Shown here piece by piece: positions 49,102 through 60,099 of a DNA stretch of 64,000 bases. The notes under the pieces were generated by a model. That model ran no database searches. It was not told the origin of the DNA and saw nothing but the letters and a program-made list of their open reading frames with translations. Made by a program: the position numbers and the translations under genes. Each line of letters opens with the position of its first letter. Within the stretch, counting starts at the first letter, position 1. The stretch lies in assembly GCA_965602855.1 (NCBI GenBank), contig CBFCZV010000012.1, positions 1,332-65,331 of the forward strand, written 5' to 3'. The DNA comes from an uncultured Gammaproteobacteria bacterium. GTDB taxonomy: Bacteria > Pseudomonadota > Gammaproteobacteria > SZUA-229.

Positions 49102-49413
49102 ATGTACAAACTCTGTTTTTATGTCCCTGAAAACGCTACGGATTTAGTCAAAAACGCCGTTTTTGAGGCAGGTGCCGGGAAAATAGGTAATTATGACTCG
49201 TGTTGCTGGCAAATACTGGGCAATGGTCAGTTCCGTCCACTCGATAACAGCCAGCCTTATATCGGGCAACAAGGGCAACTTGAGACCATAGCCGAGTTCA
49301 AGGTTGAGATGGTTTGTGCTGATGAACACATCAAAGCGGTGATTTCAGCATTAAAAAAGGCGCACCCTTATGAAGAGCCCGCCTTTGAAGTCTGGAAACT
49401 AGAAGAGTTGTAG
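49102..49413 (+). CDS. conserved hypothetical small protein (103 aa)
   Basis: Intact ORF convergent with lpxA, with only 7 bp between their stops. No motif I can name with confidence. Confidence 0.45.
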   Translation: MYKLCFYVPENATDLVKNAVFEAGAGKIGNYDSCCWQILGNGQFRPLDNSQPYIGQQGQLETIAEFKVEMVCADEHIKAVISALKKAHPYEEPAFEVWKLEEL

Positions 49414-49420
49414 CAAAGAG

Positions 49421-50191
49421 CTAACGCACCCAGCCTCGCTCACTGCCCGCTAGAAAATCCATCAAGTACTGAACATCTTCATGCTCTATAGCCAGCTCAT
49501 TGGCTTTCTCTATTGCGTCTTTATGCGAGCATTTGGATTTAACCAGAATTTTAAAAGCTGACTGCAAAGCACGAATCGATTCTTTGCTAAAGCCGCGACG
49601 TTTCAAGCCTTCCTTATTGATACCAAAAGCGCGGGCGCGATTTCCCGCGATGGTAAAGAAAGGCAGCACATCACGATCAATTGCAGTAGCAAAGCCCGAG
49701 AAGCTGTGCGCTCCGATTCTGGCAAATTGATGCACGGTTGTATAACCACCTAAAATAGCATGATCTCCAATACGCACATGTCCGGCTAAAGCTACTGCAT
49801 TGGCGAGAATAATATTGTTACCCAGACGACAGTCGTGTGCTACGTGTGCAGAGACCATCAGCAAATTGTCATTACCAATTGAAGTGATGCCTTCATCATC
49901 AACCGTGCCTCGATTCAGGTTCGCATACTCACGAATGGTATTGCGATCACCAATCTCTAAACGCGTCGGTTCGCCTGCATACTTTAAATCCTGTGGTTGC
50001 TCGCCGATTGAAGCGAACTGAAAAATATGATTGTCCTTACCAATTTTAGTCGGGCCTTTGATCACCACATGAGATTCGATCACGGTGCCTGAATCAATTT
50101 CTACATCAGCACCGATTACGCTAAACGGACCGATGGAAACGTCATCAGCAATGACGGCAGAAGGATCAACAATGGCGTGAGAATGGATCAA
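49421..50191 (-). CDS. lpxA: acyl-ACP--UDP-N-acetylglucosamine O-acyltransferase LpxA
   Basis: Left-handed beta-helix hexapeptide repeats over the first ~190 aa plus the C-terminal helical domain. Collinear with LpxA. Follows fabZ as in the conserved cluster. Confidence 0.92.
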   Translation of the reverse strand: MIHSHAIVDPSAVIADDVSIGPFSVIGADVEIDSGTVIESHVVIKGPTKIGKDNHIFQFASIGEQPQDLKYAGEPTRLEIGDRNTIREYANLNRGTVDDEGITSIGNDNLLMVSAHVAHDCRLGNNIILANAVALAGHVRIGDHAILGGYTTVHQFARIGAHSFSGFATAIDRDVLPFFTIAGNRARAFGINKEGLKRRGFSKESIRALQSAFKILVKSKCSHKDAIEKANELAIEHEDVQYLMDFLAGSERGWVR

Positions 50192-50197
50192 TCTTAG

Positions 50198-50644
50198 TTA
50201 TTCCTTTTCCTTTGCCGCACACAGCAAATCAGCAGTTGTGACAATTTCACCATCAACGCTAGCTTCAGCAGTGAATTTCCAGATAACTTTTGAACGACGT
50301 CTTATCTTAACTTTCAGCGTTAACTGATCACCCGGTACAACCTGACGCTTAAGACGTACGTTATCAACACCGACTAGCATGTAAAGTAGATCATCACTTG
50401 GCTCTTCACTCATGGTTTTAAAACCGAGCAAGCCCGTTGCCTGCGCCAACGCTTCGATAATCAACACGCCTGGCATGATTGGCGTTTCAGGGAAGTGACC
50501 TGTGAAAAAAGGTTCATTAACCGAAACATTTTTTATTGCAGTTAGGGTTTCACCAGGCACACAATCCAGCACACGGTCAATCAACAAAAAAGGATAACGG
50601 TGCGGAAGGAAACGCCGAATTTCTTCTATATACATTTCACTCAC
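50198..50644 (-). CDS. fabZ: 3-hydroxyacyl-ACP dehydratase FabZ
   Basis: 148 aa hot-dog fold. [13 protein letters not shown] and catalytic His in FFTGHFP. Conserved lpxD-fabZ-lpxA order. Confidence 0.93.
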   Translation of the reverse strand: MSEMYIEEIRRFLPHRYPFLLIDRVLDCVPGETLTAIKNVSVNEPFFTGHFPETPIMPGVLIIEALAQATGLLGFKTMSEEPSDDLLYMLVGVDNVRLKRQVVPGDQLTLKVKIRRRSKVIWKFTAEASVDGEIVTTADLLCAAKEKE

Positions 50645-50683
50645 AATTTATCTCCAATCTAATAAGTAATTTATCAACCAATT

Positions 50684-51703
50684 TTAATCAGTCGATTTGT
50701 TTATTTTTTCCAGTTTAGCTACACGTTTGGCTAATTCATCAAGTCGTCGGAAGCGTGCACTATTTTTACGCCAGTTTTTAGTTGTGTCCATTGGAGTACT
50801 TGATGAATATGAACCTGATTGAGTAATCGACCTAGTCACCATAGTACGACCAGTTATCATAACATTGTCAGCAATAGTTAGATGTTCAACAATACCGACA
50901 ACACCGCCAATCAAACAACTACGACCAATATGCGTACTGCCAGCAATTGCTGTTGCGGCGGATATTACCGTGTTATCGCCGACGCTAACACCATGTGCAA
51001 TCTGAATCTGGTTATCAAGTTTAACACCGTTACCAATAATCGTATTTTCCAGTGCACCACGATCTATAGTGGTGTTGGCGCCAATTTCTACATTGTTACC
51101 AATATGCACACTGCCAATCTGAGGGATTTTTAAATAACTATCACCATCTTTCACAAAACCAAAACCATCGGCACCCAGAACAACACCAGAATGGATAATA
51201 CAATCGTTACCGATTTTACAATCATAGCCAACGGTTACATTTGCGTTTATACGCGTGTTTGAACCTATAACCACATTATCTTCAATCACACAACCTGCAC
51301 CTATCTGCACATCACAACCTACAACCACACCATCCGAAATAACCGCACCAGCAGCAATCGAAGCTGATTCACTAACGTTGGCCAATTCAGAAACAATAGC
51401 GCTATCGCTAATACCTGCCGCTAATTTCTTAGTTGGATACAGCAGATTCGCAACTTTTGCATAAATCAGCCTGGGATCATCAGCCACTAAAGCTGGCACT
51501 GGGCACTGCTCCAGAAACTCAGCTTTTATAATTAGAGCTGAAGCATTCGTTGTAGATAAATATTCTATATATTTAGGATTCGAAATAAATGCAATATCAC
51601 CAGAACCCGCTGAACTTATCTCAGCGATGCTTTCAATCAGACAATCTTCTCCCTCAAGCTTCGAGCCTGTTTGCTGAGCCAGCGCTGATAACTGATAGCC
51701 CAT
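50684..51703 (-). CDS. lpxD: UDP-3-O-(3-hydroxyacyl)glucosamine N-acyltransferase LpxD
   Basis: 339 aa. N-terminal uridine-binding domain, then long hexapeptide-repeat beta-helix and C-terminal helix. Conserved position. Confidence 0.92.
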   Translation of the reverse strand: MGYQLSALAQQTGSKLEGEDCLIESIAEISSAGSGDIAFISNPKYIEYLSTTNASALIIKAEFLEQCPVPALVADDPRLIYAKVANLLYPTKKLAAGISDSAIVSELANVSESASIAAGAVISDGVVVGCDVQIGAGCVIEDNVVIGSNTRINANVTVGYDCKIGNDCIIHSGVVLGADGFGFVKDGDSYLKIPQIGSVHIGNNVEIGANTTIDRGALENTIIGNGVKLDNQIQIAHGVSVGDNTVISAATAIAGSTHIGRSCLIGGVVGIVEHLTIADNVMITGRTMVTRSITQSGSYSSSTPMDTTKNWRKNSARFRRLDELAKRVAKLEKINKSTD

Positions 51704-51712
51704 TAGTTCTTA

Positions 51713-52228
51713 CTATTTCTTAAAATCTTTTTTCATGCGTTCTAAAACGACATTAGTGATATCTAGCTTGTCAGATGCAAACACAACACCATCGCTAAGG
51801 ATCAGATCGTAGTTCTCTTTTTTAGCTATTTCATCGATAATATCGCGAACAGATTTCTGTAATACAGCTAACTCCTGATTACGCACTGTAGCAACTTCCT
51901 GGCCAAGGATCTTTTCTTTTTGCTTAAAAACCTGAACTTTGTTATATAACTTTGTTTTAAGCTCAGTCAACTTATCTTCTGTCATTACAAGTTCATTACG
52001 CTTGTAATTTTCCTGTATCGCCTTTATTTCAGCTTCCATCTCTACTAGCTCATTTTTCTTATTACCAAATCGTTCTTTCATTGATGCATTAACTGCCTCA
52101 ACCTGCGGTGCTTGAGTTAACAGTTTTTCAACACTAACAAAACCAACCTTAAGACCACTACCAGCTATTGCATTACTACAAATTGCTAACATAAAAAACG
52201 CTATTACTATATTTTTTTTCATTACCAT
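51713..52228 (-). CDS. skp: periplasmic chaperone Skp (OmpH)
   Basis: 171 aa, signal peptide, then a lysine/glutamate-rich coiled-coil typical of Skp. Located between bamA and lpxD. Confidence 0.85.
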   Translation of the reverse strand: MVMKKNIVIAFFMLAICSNAIAGSGLKVGFVSVEKLLTQAPQVEAVNASMKERFGNKKNELVEMEAEIKAIQENYKRNELVMTEDKLTELKTKLYNKVQVFKQKEKILGQEVATVRNQELAVLQKSVRDIIDEIAKKENYDLILSDGVVFASDKLDITNVVLERMKKDFKK

Positions 52229-52232
52229 CTCC

Positions 52233-54569
52233 TTAAAAGAAAGAACCTATACTAAATTGAAATACTCTTAAATCATCACCTTCTACATTATTCAATGCCT
52301 TTGCCCAGCTAAAGCGCAAAGGTCCAATGGGTGCCAACCAGACGAATGAAAGCCCTGTTGATGTCCTCAACTCCTCTAATGCAAAACCATCCTCCGTTGA
52401 ATTATAGGTCGGCGCAGTATCAAGGAACACATTACCAATATCATAAAACGCACTAAACCTTACTGAGGATGGCGGCTTATCAACAAATGGTATCGGAAAA
52501 ATAAGATCCGCACCAGCGGTGATTCGCATATTACCACCTATTGGATCCCCGTAATCATTGCGGGGCCCCAAAGAATTAGAGTCGAAACCCCGTACAGTAC
52601 TCAGCCCACCTGCGAAATAGCGCTCATAAAACGGCAACGTATCCAGATCAGCATAGCCTCCACCATAAGCCAAATTAGTTCTGGCCAACAATGTAAGACT
52701 ATCCGATAGACCAAAGTAAAATTTTGTTTGATATGAAAGTTTATAAAACTCTAAATCACTAGTTGGTGCTGACAAATTTAAAGCTACTGTTTGCGAACTA
52801 CCTCTTGTAGCGAACACTGTTCTATTGCGCGTGTCATAAGTATAACTGGCATTAAGTAAAAGATTACTATAAGCATCACCGTACTCTTCAACAAAGGAAC
52901 TAGCTTCCAATGATGGATTAATACTTGATAAATTCAAATCAATATGACTTAACCCATAACCAAGATTTAATGTTGAGTATTCTGTTAACGGTATACCGTA
53001 ATTTATGCTGGCATTGTACGAATCAGTTTGAAAATCATTAATATCCTCTTCTGCTGCATCTCTTTTCGCAAATGATAAACTCATGGTTCTACTGATGCCG
53101 TCAATAGTGTAATAAGGATCAGTAAAAGAAACGCTATAAACAGTGTTTGCTGAGTCTGTATTAACACTAACTGCAAGGCGCTGTCCTGTTCCCAGAAGAT
53201 TTTCCTGGGTTAAACCGACATTGAAGAGAAAACCCTCTGTTTGTGAAAAACCTGCGCCAATATTAAAGCTACCGGATAATCGCTCATCCACATTAATCTC
53301 AAGATCAACCGTATCATCGGTACCAGGTACTAATTTTGTATCTACTTCTACGTTTTCCAGATAGCTCAATCGCTGCAATCTTATTTTTGAGCGATCTAAT
53401 TTATCACTCGCAAGAATAGAACCTTCCATTAAACGCATTTCTCGTCTCAACACTTTCTCATGCGTTCTAAAATTACCATGAAAATTTATATTTCTGACGT
53501 GTGTTTTATTACCCGGCACCAACTGATAGACCAAATCAATAATCTGACTCTGCTCATCAATTTCTGGCTCCAGCTTAACTTTGGCAAAAGCATAACCCAC
53601 TTTTCCAAGACGGTCTTCCAGCCGATTTTGTGTGGTTGTCATTTTCTTTCTTGAAAATATTTCACCCGACTTAGTTAGAACCAATGCTTGCAGAATTTCT
53701 TTATCAACCACCATGGGACCAATAATATCAACCTTGCCAATTGAGAACTGCTCACCTTCTTCTAAATTGATAGTGACATAAATATCTTTTTTATCAGGCG
53801 TAATCGACACCTGAGTTGAGTCTGCTGAAAACTTGATATAACCGCGATCAAGATAATAAGAGCGCAATGTCTCCAGATCGGCATTCAACTTCGGCTTCGA
53901 GTACTCATCAGAATCTGACATTGATAAAGCACCCGGAACACCCAACTCAAGTTCATCCAGCAAGGTGTCATCATCAAAAATCTTATTTCCAATCACATTA
54001 ATTTGCTTAATCAGTGCTATCTGTCCTTCTGATATCTCAATATCAATATCAACACGATTCTGATCAAGCTCGGTAATCTCAGTTTCTATTCGAATACCAT
54101 ACTTTCCCTGACTAAAATAAACCCGTTCAAGTTCCTGAGTCAATTTTTCCAGTAGCGAACGATTATAGATACGTCCCTTAACAATACCGATATCTTCTAA
54201 GGCACCTTCTAAAGTCTCACTATCGATAGCTGAATTACCAGAAAAGTTAACCTCAGAAATTGAAGGACGCTCTTTAACCTTAACAATCAATGCATCACCG
54301 TCTCTAAACAACTGAACGTCGGTAAAGAAACCTGTTTTGTACAACTCCTTAATAGAGAAAACAATCTGCTTACTATCTAGTGGATCACCTACCTGTACAG
54401 GAAGATAATTCAAAAGTGTGCCATCGGGCAGGCGCTTGAGTCCTTCGATTCGAATATCACTAACGATAAAGCTTTCAGCAGACCAGACAAAACCTGACAT
54501 CAGCATTAAGTGAGCCAGCAACAAAACTCTGGATAATTTCGAACAAAAATTAAATGTAACTGACATCAT
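52233..54569 (-). CDS. bamA: outer membrane protein assembly factor BamA
   Basis: 778 aa. Signal peptide, five POTRA-length repeats, C-terminal 16-strand barrel ending in aromatic ...SIGSFF. Conserved position after rseP. Confidence 0.93.
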   Translation of the reverse strand: MMSVTFNFCSKLSRVLLLAHLMLMSGFVWSAESFIVSDIRIEGLKRLPDGTLLNYLPVQVGDPLDSKQIVFSIKELYKTGFFTDVQLFRDGDALIVKVKERPSISEVNFSGNSAIDSETLEGALEDIGIVKGRIYNRSLLEKLTQELERVYFSQGKYGIRIETEITELDQNRVDIDIEISEGQIALIKQINVIGNKIFDDDTLLDELELGVPGALSMSDSDEYSKPKLNADLETLRSYYLDRGYIKFSADSTQVSITPDKKDIYVTINLEEGEQFSIGKVDIIGPMVVDKEILQALVLTKSGEIFSRKKMTTTQNRLEDRLGKVGYAFAKVKLEPEIDEQSQIIDLVYQLVPGNKTHVRNINFHGNFRTHEKVLRREMRLMEGSILASDKLDRSKIRLQRLSYLENVEVDTKLVPGTDDTVDLEINVDERLSGSFNIGAGFSQTEGFLFNVGLTQENLLGTGQRLAVSVNTDSANTVYSVSFTDPYYTIDGISRTMSLSFAKRDAAEEDINDFQTDSYNASINYGIPLTEYSTLNLGYGLSHIDLNLSSINPSLEASSFVEEYGDAYSNLLLNASYTYDTRNRTVFATRGSSQTVALNLSAPTSDLEFYKLSYQTKFYFGLSDSLTLLARTNLAYGGGYADLDTLPFYERYFAGGLSTVRGFDSNSLGPRNDYGDPIGGNMRITAGADLIFPIPFVDKPPSSVRFSAFYDIGNVFLDTAPTYNSTEDGFALEELRTSTGLSFVWLAPIGPLRFSWAKALNNVEGDDLRVFQFSIGSFF

Positions 54570-55933
54570 TGTACAAACCGCTGAAAATCATTATAGAAGG
54601 CAATAAACATTAACGCCCCAAGTATTGCAATACCGATCTGCTGCCCACGCAATTCAAAACCTTCTGAAACAGGCGAACCTTTAATCGCTTCGATAAGATA
54701 ATAAAATAAGTGACCACCATCAAGTACGGGGATGGGTAATAAATTCAGAACACCCAGACTCACAGAAATAATCGCCAAAAACCCGATAAATGTAGTCAAA
54801 CCAATTTCTGCTGTAATACCCGCGTATTTAGCAATAGTCACTGGCCCTGATATATTGCTTAATGAAGCCTCACCAACAATCATCTTCCATATAACACGTA
54901 AAGTAAGTTTTGACATATCCCATGTTTTGGTAATAGCCGCGGGGATTGCCTCAAACACACCGTATTCAATATCAACAAACAATTTGTCTTTTAATTCTTG
55001 CGGCACTTCCTGATAAGCACCGATAAAGCCTTTAACTTCGCCCTGCTTTTCCCTTGAACCTGGAATAACAACAATAGAAACTTCTTGCTGATCACGAAGA
55101 ATAATGAAATTAATCGGCTTAGCCTGACTATTTTCTACTAATTTAACCAGCTCATCCCAACGCTCAATTTTTTCATCATTAAGCTTGAGCAGCTGATCAC
55201 CTTCCTGCAAACCAGCCTGTTCTGCCGGACCATCTTTTATCACGCCACCTATAACTGCGGGCAAATCTGGCCACCAGTGCCTGAAGCCCAGTTCAGCCAT
55301 GATATCAGATTCTTTTTCTAGTAATCGAGTCGAACCTAAATCAAGACGTCTGCTTTCAATCATTCCATCGGCATTTCTGACTTCCAATTCAAGAGTACCG
55401 CCATCAAGTCCCTGATCAAGCACGAGCAAATTCAAATCAGACCAGGACTTCACGTCTGCTTCACCAACTTTCAGCACTTCATCATTATTTTCGAAACCAG
55501 ATAGTGCCGCTATAGATTCTTCCGCAGGCGCGCCCAGCAAAGCTCTTTCAACCGTAATACCGGATAAAAAAACGATCCAGTAAAGAATGACAGCAAGCAC
55601 AAGATTAAACACCGGACCTGCTGCAACGATAGCTGCGCGTTTTAAAAGTGGTTGGGTATTAAATGCATAGGGCAGATCTTTATCAGCAACTTCGCCTTCA
55701 CGCTGATCCAGCATTTTCACATAACCACCCAGTGGAATAGCCGCGATAACGTACTCGATGACATTGCCATTATCTGCGCGCGTCCAGGTATACAAAGGTT
55801 TACCAAAACCAATAGAAAAACGCAGCACTCGCACACCCAGTTTACGTGCCACCCAGTAATGCCCGAACTCGTGGAAAGCCACCAAAATAGCGATAGCTAT
55901 AATAAAAAATAAAAGATTATGTAAGATGCCCAT
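54566..55933 (-). CDS. rseP: sigma-E protease RseP (site-2 zinc metalloprotease)
   Basis: HEFGHYWVAR (HExxH) in TM1. Two PDZ domains. LDGGH motif near the C-terminus. 455 aa. Confidence 0.9.
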   Translation of the reverse strand: MGILHNLLFFIIAIAILVAFHEFGHYWVARKLGVRVLRFSIGFGKPLYTWTRADNGNVIEYVIAAIPLGGYVKMLDQREGEVADKDLPYAFNTQPLLKRAAIVAAGPVFNLVLAVILYWIVFLSGITVERALLGAPAEESIAALSGFENNDEVLKVGEADVKSWSDLNLLVLDQGLDGGTLELEVRNADGMIESRRLDLGSTRLLEKESDIMAELGFRHWWPDLPAVIGGVIKDGPAEQAGLQEGDQLLKLNDEKIERWDELVKLVENSQAKPINFIILRDQQEVSIVVIPGSREKQGEVKGFIGAYQEVPQELKDKLFVDIEYGVFEAIPAAITKTWDMSKLTLRVIWKMIVGEASLSNISGPVTIAKYAGITAEIGLTTFIGFLAIISVSLGVLNLLPIPVLDGGHLFYYLIEAIKGSPVSEGFELRGQQIGIAILGALMFIAFYNDFQRFVQ

Positions 55934-55941
55934 ATTTATAA

Positions 55942-57126
55942 TTATTGTTTTCTAGCTATAGATTCATTAACGGTGTTTCTTGCCTGATTATCTACCGCCA
56001 AAATATTTTCAATGCTTGCCACATCCTCGTCGATAGTCATGCTTTCAAGTGTCTGCTCAATCAGGCTTGAGATATCCATATAGGCAATTTTATTATCCAA
56101 AAATGCAGCGACCGCAATTTCATTGGCTGCGTTTAAAATAATGCTCGCCGCGCCACCCATGCGTATAGCTTCATAACAAAGTTTCAAACACGGAAAGCGC
56201 TGAAAATCAGGTTTTTCAAATTCCAGTTTTGCGACCTCAAAAACATCAAGAGGTTCAACACCCGAGACAATACGATCAGGGTACGCCAACGCGTGAGCGA
56301 TGGGTGTACGCATATCTGGATTACCCAATTGCGCCAGAACTGAACCATCAAGGTATGAAACCATTGAATGAATAACACTCTGTGGATGCACAACAACTTC
56401 GATATCATCCAGCCCCACCCCAAATAACCAGTGAGCTTCGATGACTTCCAGTCCTTTATTCATCATGGTCGCTGAATCAACCGATATTTTTGGCCCCATC
56501 TCCCAGTTAGGATGATTGATCGCCTGCTCCGGTGTCACCGACGCTAATTGCTCATTTGAGAAAGTACGAAATGGACCACCACTGGCCGTCAACAAAATTT
56601 TGTTAATGCCTGAATCATTGGCAGCATTTGTATTTCCTGCGGGTAGACACTGAAAAATCGCATTGTGTTCGCTATCAACAGGCAATAGTTCGGCATTATT
56701 TTTTTTCACCGCATCCATGAACAACTGCCCAGACATTACCAGCGCTTCCTTGTTAGCCAGTAAAATTCGTTTACCTGCTTCAGCCGCTGACATACTCGGC
56801 AACAAACCCGCCGCCCCAACTATACCTGCAACTACAGTATCAACATCATCAAGGCTAGCTACCTGGCACAGCCCCTTAACGCCAGATAACACCTGCGTAT
56901 CGGAACCTTGTTTACGTAAAGCATCCTCTAACTGCTGAGCGGCTGACTCATCACACATGACAGCAAACTTCGGACACCACTGCTGACATTGCTGAGCCAT
57001 TGCTTCAACATCGGTGTTAGCAGTCAAAGCCCTGACCTCATATTGATCGCCATGGCGACTCAATACATCCAGCGTACTCTTACCAATACTGCCCGTAGAG
57101 CCAAGGATAGTGACAACTCTAGGCAT
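55942..57126 (-). CDS. dxr: 1-deoxy-D-xylulose 5-phosphate reductoisomerase
   Basis: NADPH motif ILGSTGSIG at the N-terminus. 394 aa. Conserved position upstream of rseP. Confidence 0.93.
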   Translation of the reverse strand: MPRVVTILGSTGSIGKSTLDVLSRHGDQYEVRALTANTDVEAMAQQCQQWCPKFAVMCDESAAQQLEDALRKQGSDTQVLSGVKGLCQVASLDDVDTVVAGIVGAAGLLPSMSAAEAGKRILLANKEALVMSGQLFMDAVKKNNAELLPVDSEHNAIFQCLPAGNTNAANDSGINKILLTASGGPFRTFSNEQLASVTPEQAINHPNWEMGPKISVDSATMMNKGLEVIEAHWLFGVGLDDIEVVVHPQSVIHSMVSYLDGSVLAQLGNPDMRTPIAHALAYPDRIVSGVEPLDVFEVAKLEFEKPDFQRFPCLKLCYEAIRMGGAASIILNAANEIAVAAFLDNKIAYMDISSLIEQTLESMTIDEDVASIENILAVDNQARNTVNESIARKQ

Positions 57127-57953
57127 TAATGCAATCCTTCAATCGGAACGATCAGCCAGTCATAAAATACAACGAACAAAGGCATCACTGGTAACAACCC
57201 ATCAACCCGATCCAGAATACCGCCATGACCTGGCAGAATACGACCACTATCTTTAATGCCCGCTTCACGCTTTAAGAAACTTTCGTATAAATCCCCAACC
57301 ACAGACATAATGGTCAGCATTAGTGACAGCCCCATTAACAATAAAAATTGCTGATTCGGAAGATTAAAATAATAAGCAGCCAGCGCTGAATAGATACTGC
57401 TAGCCAATAAAGCACCCCAGAGTCCTTCAATCGTTTTTCCGGGACTCACATTCGGGGCCAGTTTGTTTTTGCCAAATTTCTTACCGCTAAAATAAGCACC
57501 CGTATCCGCGATCCAGACCAGCATCATGCTGTACAGCAACCACTCAGCACCTCGATCCATACCGTGAATGACATACATGGCAATCATTGACGATGGCACT
57601 ACCCAGAAAGCAACCAGTAACTTGGCCGGCGAAAAAAGAGACTGTTTCAATTCTGGCTTTGCTTTTTTCAGGAAAAATAAAATTGCAAACCACCACACAG
57701 AGGCCAGCAGCAGCAGAATATAAACGTACTGATACAGGTAACTAACACAAAGCCAGGAAAACACAGCAAGTAACACTGCATAGATAAGCTGCATCAAAGC
57801 AGATTGCACCCCCGCAAGGCGCGCCCACTCATGACCACAGACAAAAGAAACTGGGAGTAAAACAAATAGCAGATTCGATGAAGGCTGATACAGAATCAAC
57901 CAGATGACTGCCAGTGCTAATGGTACAGCCGTTAAAACACGATGCAGTAACAT
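57126..57953 (-). CDS. cdsA: phosphatidate cytidylyltransferase CdsA
   Basis: Polytopic membrane protein with the C-terminal signature SPGKTIEG...[11 protein letters not shown]. Confidence 0.88.
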   Translation of the reverse strand: MLLHRVLTAVPLALAVIWLILYQPSSNLLFVLLPVSFVCGHEWARLAGVQSALMQLIYAVLLAVFSWLCVSYLYQYVYILLLLASVWWFAILFFLKKAKPELKQSLFSPAKLLVAFWVVPSSMIAMYVIHGMDRGAEWLLYSMMLVWIADTGAYFSGKKFGKNKLAPNVSPGKTIEGLWGALLASSIYSALAAYYFNLPNQQFLLLMGLSLMLTIMSVVGDLYESFLKREAGIKDSGRILPGHGGILDRVDGLLPVMPLFVVFYDWLIVPIEGLH

Positions 57954-58718
57954 TTACTTAGCCGCTGCCTTCTTATTTTTAACCTGATCAGGTGTTTTAC
58001 CAAAACGACGCTGTCTTGTTCCATACCACTCGATAGCTTTTTCTAATGATGCATCATTAAAGTCAGGCCACAATGTTTCGGTGAAGTAGAGTTCTGCGTA
58101 AGCCATCTGCCATAATAAAAAATTACTGACACGGCTTTCACCACCTGTCCTGATAAAAAGATCAATTTCAGGTAAATCTGACAGGCACATTTCTTCTGAC
58201 ACTAATGATTCGTCAATCTCATCTGCAGATAATTCACCTGAAGAAACTTTTTGCGCCAAATGCTTGCAGGCCTGGGTAATATCCCAGCGACCACCATAAT
58301 TTGCTGCAATAGTTAAGGCCAGCCCGTTATTATCAGCAGTCAGGATTTCAGTTTCGTTAATAACAGATTGCAGATCCTGAGGAAAAGCCGTGCGATCACC
58401 GATGAATTTAACGCAGACATTCTGCTTCTTCAACTTCATCATTTCATTCTTAAGTGTCGAAATAAATATCGACATCAGCGCACTCACTTCCTTTTCAGGC
58501 CTTTTCCAGTTTTCACTACTAAAAGCAAAAACGGTTAACGCCTTGATACCCCGCTGATCACAATTTTCAACGATTTCTCGCGTTGCATTTACACCAGCGT
58601 GATGCCCCGCAGTTCTTGGTAAGAAACGCTTCTTTGCCCATCGACCATTGCCATCCATAACGACAGCAACATGTTTGGGTATTAAAGGAGAATGATCACT
58701 TTCGCTCATCAATAGCAC
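57954..58718 (-). CDS. uppS: ditrans,polycis-undecaprenyl-diphosphate synthase UppS
   Basis: HVAVVMDGNGRWAKKR motif at the N-terminus. 254 aa. Confidence 0.92.
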   Translation of the reverse strand: MLLMSESDHSPLIPKHVAVVMDGNGRWAKKRFLPRTAGHHAGVNATREIVENCDQRGIKALTVFAFSSENWKRPEKEVSALMSIFISTLKNEMMKLKKQNVCVKFIGDRTAFPQDLQSVINETEILTADNNGLALTIAANYGGRWDITQACKHLAQKVSSGELSADEIDESLVSEEMCLSDLPEIDLFIRTGGESRVSNFLLWQMAYAELYFTETLWPDFNDASLEKAIEWYGTRQRRFGKTPDQVKNKKAAAK

Positions 58719-58735
58719 TTTACAATAAACTCGAT

Positions 58736-59293
58736 TTATACTTCCATTAACTCGGCTTCTTTTGTCGCCAGCATTTCATCTACTTTAGCAACAAAACTAT
58801 CAGTCAATTTTTGCACACTATCTTCTGACTGCCTGGTTTCATCTTCGGTAATTTCTTTTTCTTTTAATAAATCTTTGAAATCACTGTTCGCATCACGACG
58901 AATATTTCTAATCGAAGTACGACCACTTTCAGCTTCTTTTCTTACCACGCGCACCAGATCGTGACGACGCTCCTCAGTTAACTGAGGCATAGGAATTCGA
59001 ATAAGCGTACCAGCAGTAGCCGGATTCAAACCCAAATCAGATTTCATGATTGCTTTTTCAATGGCTTTCACCATATCTTTTTCCCATGGTGAAATCATCA
59101 ACGTTCTGGCATCTTCAACAGAGACATTGGCAACCTGCGACAAAGGTGTTTGCGCACCATAATATTCAACGGTAATGTGATCAAGCAAACTTGGATGTGC
59201 ACGACCAGTACGAATTTTTGTTAATTCGGTACGTAAAGACTCAACGCTTTTACCCATACGCATTTCAGCATCTTCAATAATCTCGTCGATCAT
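58736..59293 (-). CDS. frr: ribosome recycling factor
   Basis: 185 aa, collinear with Frr. Conserved pyrH-frr order. Confidence 0.93.
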   Translation of the reverse strand: MIDEIIEDAEMRMGKSVESLRTELTKIRTGRAHPSLLDHITVEYYGAQTPLSQVANVSVEDARTLMISPWEKDMVKAIEKAIMKSDLGLNPATAGTLIRIPMPQLTEERRHDLVRVVRKEAESGRTSIRNIRRDANSDFKDLLKEKEITEDETRQSEDSVQKLTDSFVAKVDEMLATKEAELMEV

Positions 59294-60025
59294 TTACTTA
59301 TCTCCCATCACAACTTCAGTCCCAACAGACTGATTGACTAAAGCTTCAGGCAAAGCGCCTGCATCGTTTAAATTAAATATACGCAGCGGCAGCTTATTAT
59401 CACGACATAGCACCACTGCTGTTGCATCCATGACCTGTAAATTTTTATCCAGCACTTCGTCATAGCTCAGCTTTTCGAAGCGTTTGGCATCAGGATTCTT
59501 CACAGGATCAGAATCAAAAACGCCATTGACCTTGGTCGCCTTCATTATAACATCGGCCTTGATCTCAATGGCGCGCAAACAACCGGCTGTATCGGTAGTA
59601 AAATAGGGATTTCCGGTACCCGCTGCACAGATAACCACTGTTGAGTTCTCAAGATGCGCTATCGCATCGCGTTGAGTGAACTCATCGCAAACACGTGGCA
59701 TTGCCAGGCCAGACATCACAACCGCTGACTGCCCCAGCTTATCCAGCGCATCCTGCATCGCCAGACTGTTCATCACCGTCGCCAGCATACCCATGCTGTC
59801 ACCCGTGACACGATTCATACCTGACTCGGCCAAACCCACTCCGCGGAAAATATTACCGCCGCCGATGACCACACCAACCTCAACACCCATTGCAACAACT
59901 TCTGCAATTTCTTTGGCAACGCGATTAATCATCGCAGGATCAATGCCATAATCCATTTTACCCATCAGCGCTTCGCCGCTGAGCTTAATTAGTACTCTTT
60001 TATATAAAGTCGATTTTGACGTCAT
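59294..60025 (-). CDS. pyrH: UMP kinase PyrH
   Basis: YKRVLIKLSGEAL N-terminal motif. The start is placed at the internal MTSKS ATG (60025): the longer ORF (to 60064) would run through the intergenic terminator hairpin. Confidence 0.9.
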   Translation of the reverse strand: MTSKSTLYKRVLIKLSGEALMGKMDYGIDPAMINRVAKEIAEVVAMGVEVGVVIGGGNIFRGVGLAESGMNRVTGDSMGMLATVMNSLAMQDALDKLGQSAVVMSGLAMPRVCDEFTQRDAIAHLENSTVVICAAGTGNPYFTTDTAGCLRAIEIKADVIMKATKVNGVFDSDPVKNPDAKRFEKLSYDEVLDKNLQVMDATAVVLCRDNKLPLRIFNLNDAGALPEALVNQSVGTEVVMGDK

Positions 60026-60047
60026 AACATGTCCAAAGGGTTTACAC

Positions 60048-60077
60048 AAAAAACCGGGTATCAATTCCCGGTTTTTT
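60048..60077. terminator. rho-independent terminator between tsf and pyrH
   Basis: aaaaaa-CCGGG-tatcaattc-CCGG-tttttt: a GC stem flanked by an A-run and a T-run, 23 nt after the tsf stop. Confidence 0.6.
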
Positions 60078-60099
60078 GTATTACATCATTTCCTGTAAC

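Noticed and set aside
60026-60064. Longer pyrH start at 60064 (MIPGFLCKPFGHV...)
   Set aside because: The extension runs through the tsf terminator hairpin and is unlike UMP-kinase N-termini. The MTSKSTLYKRVLIKLSGEAL start fits the family.
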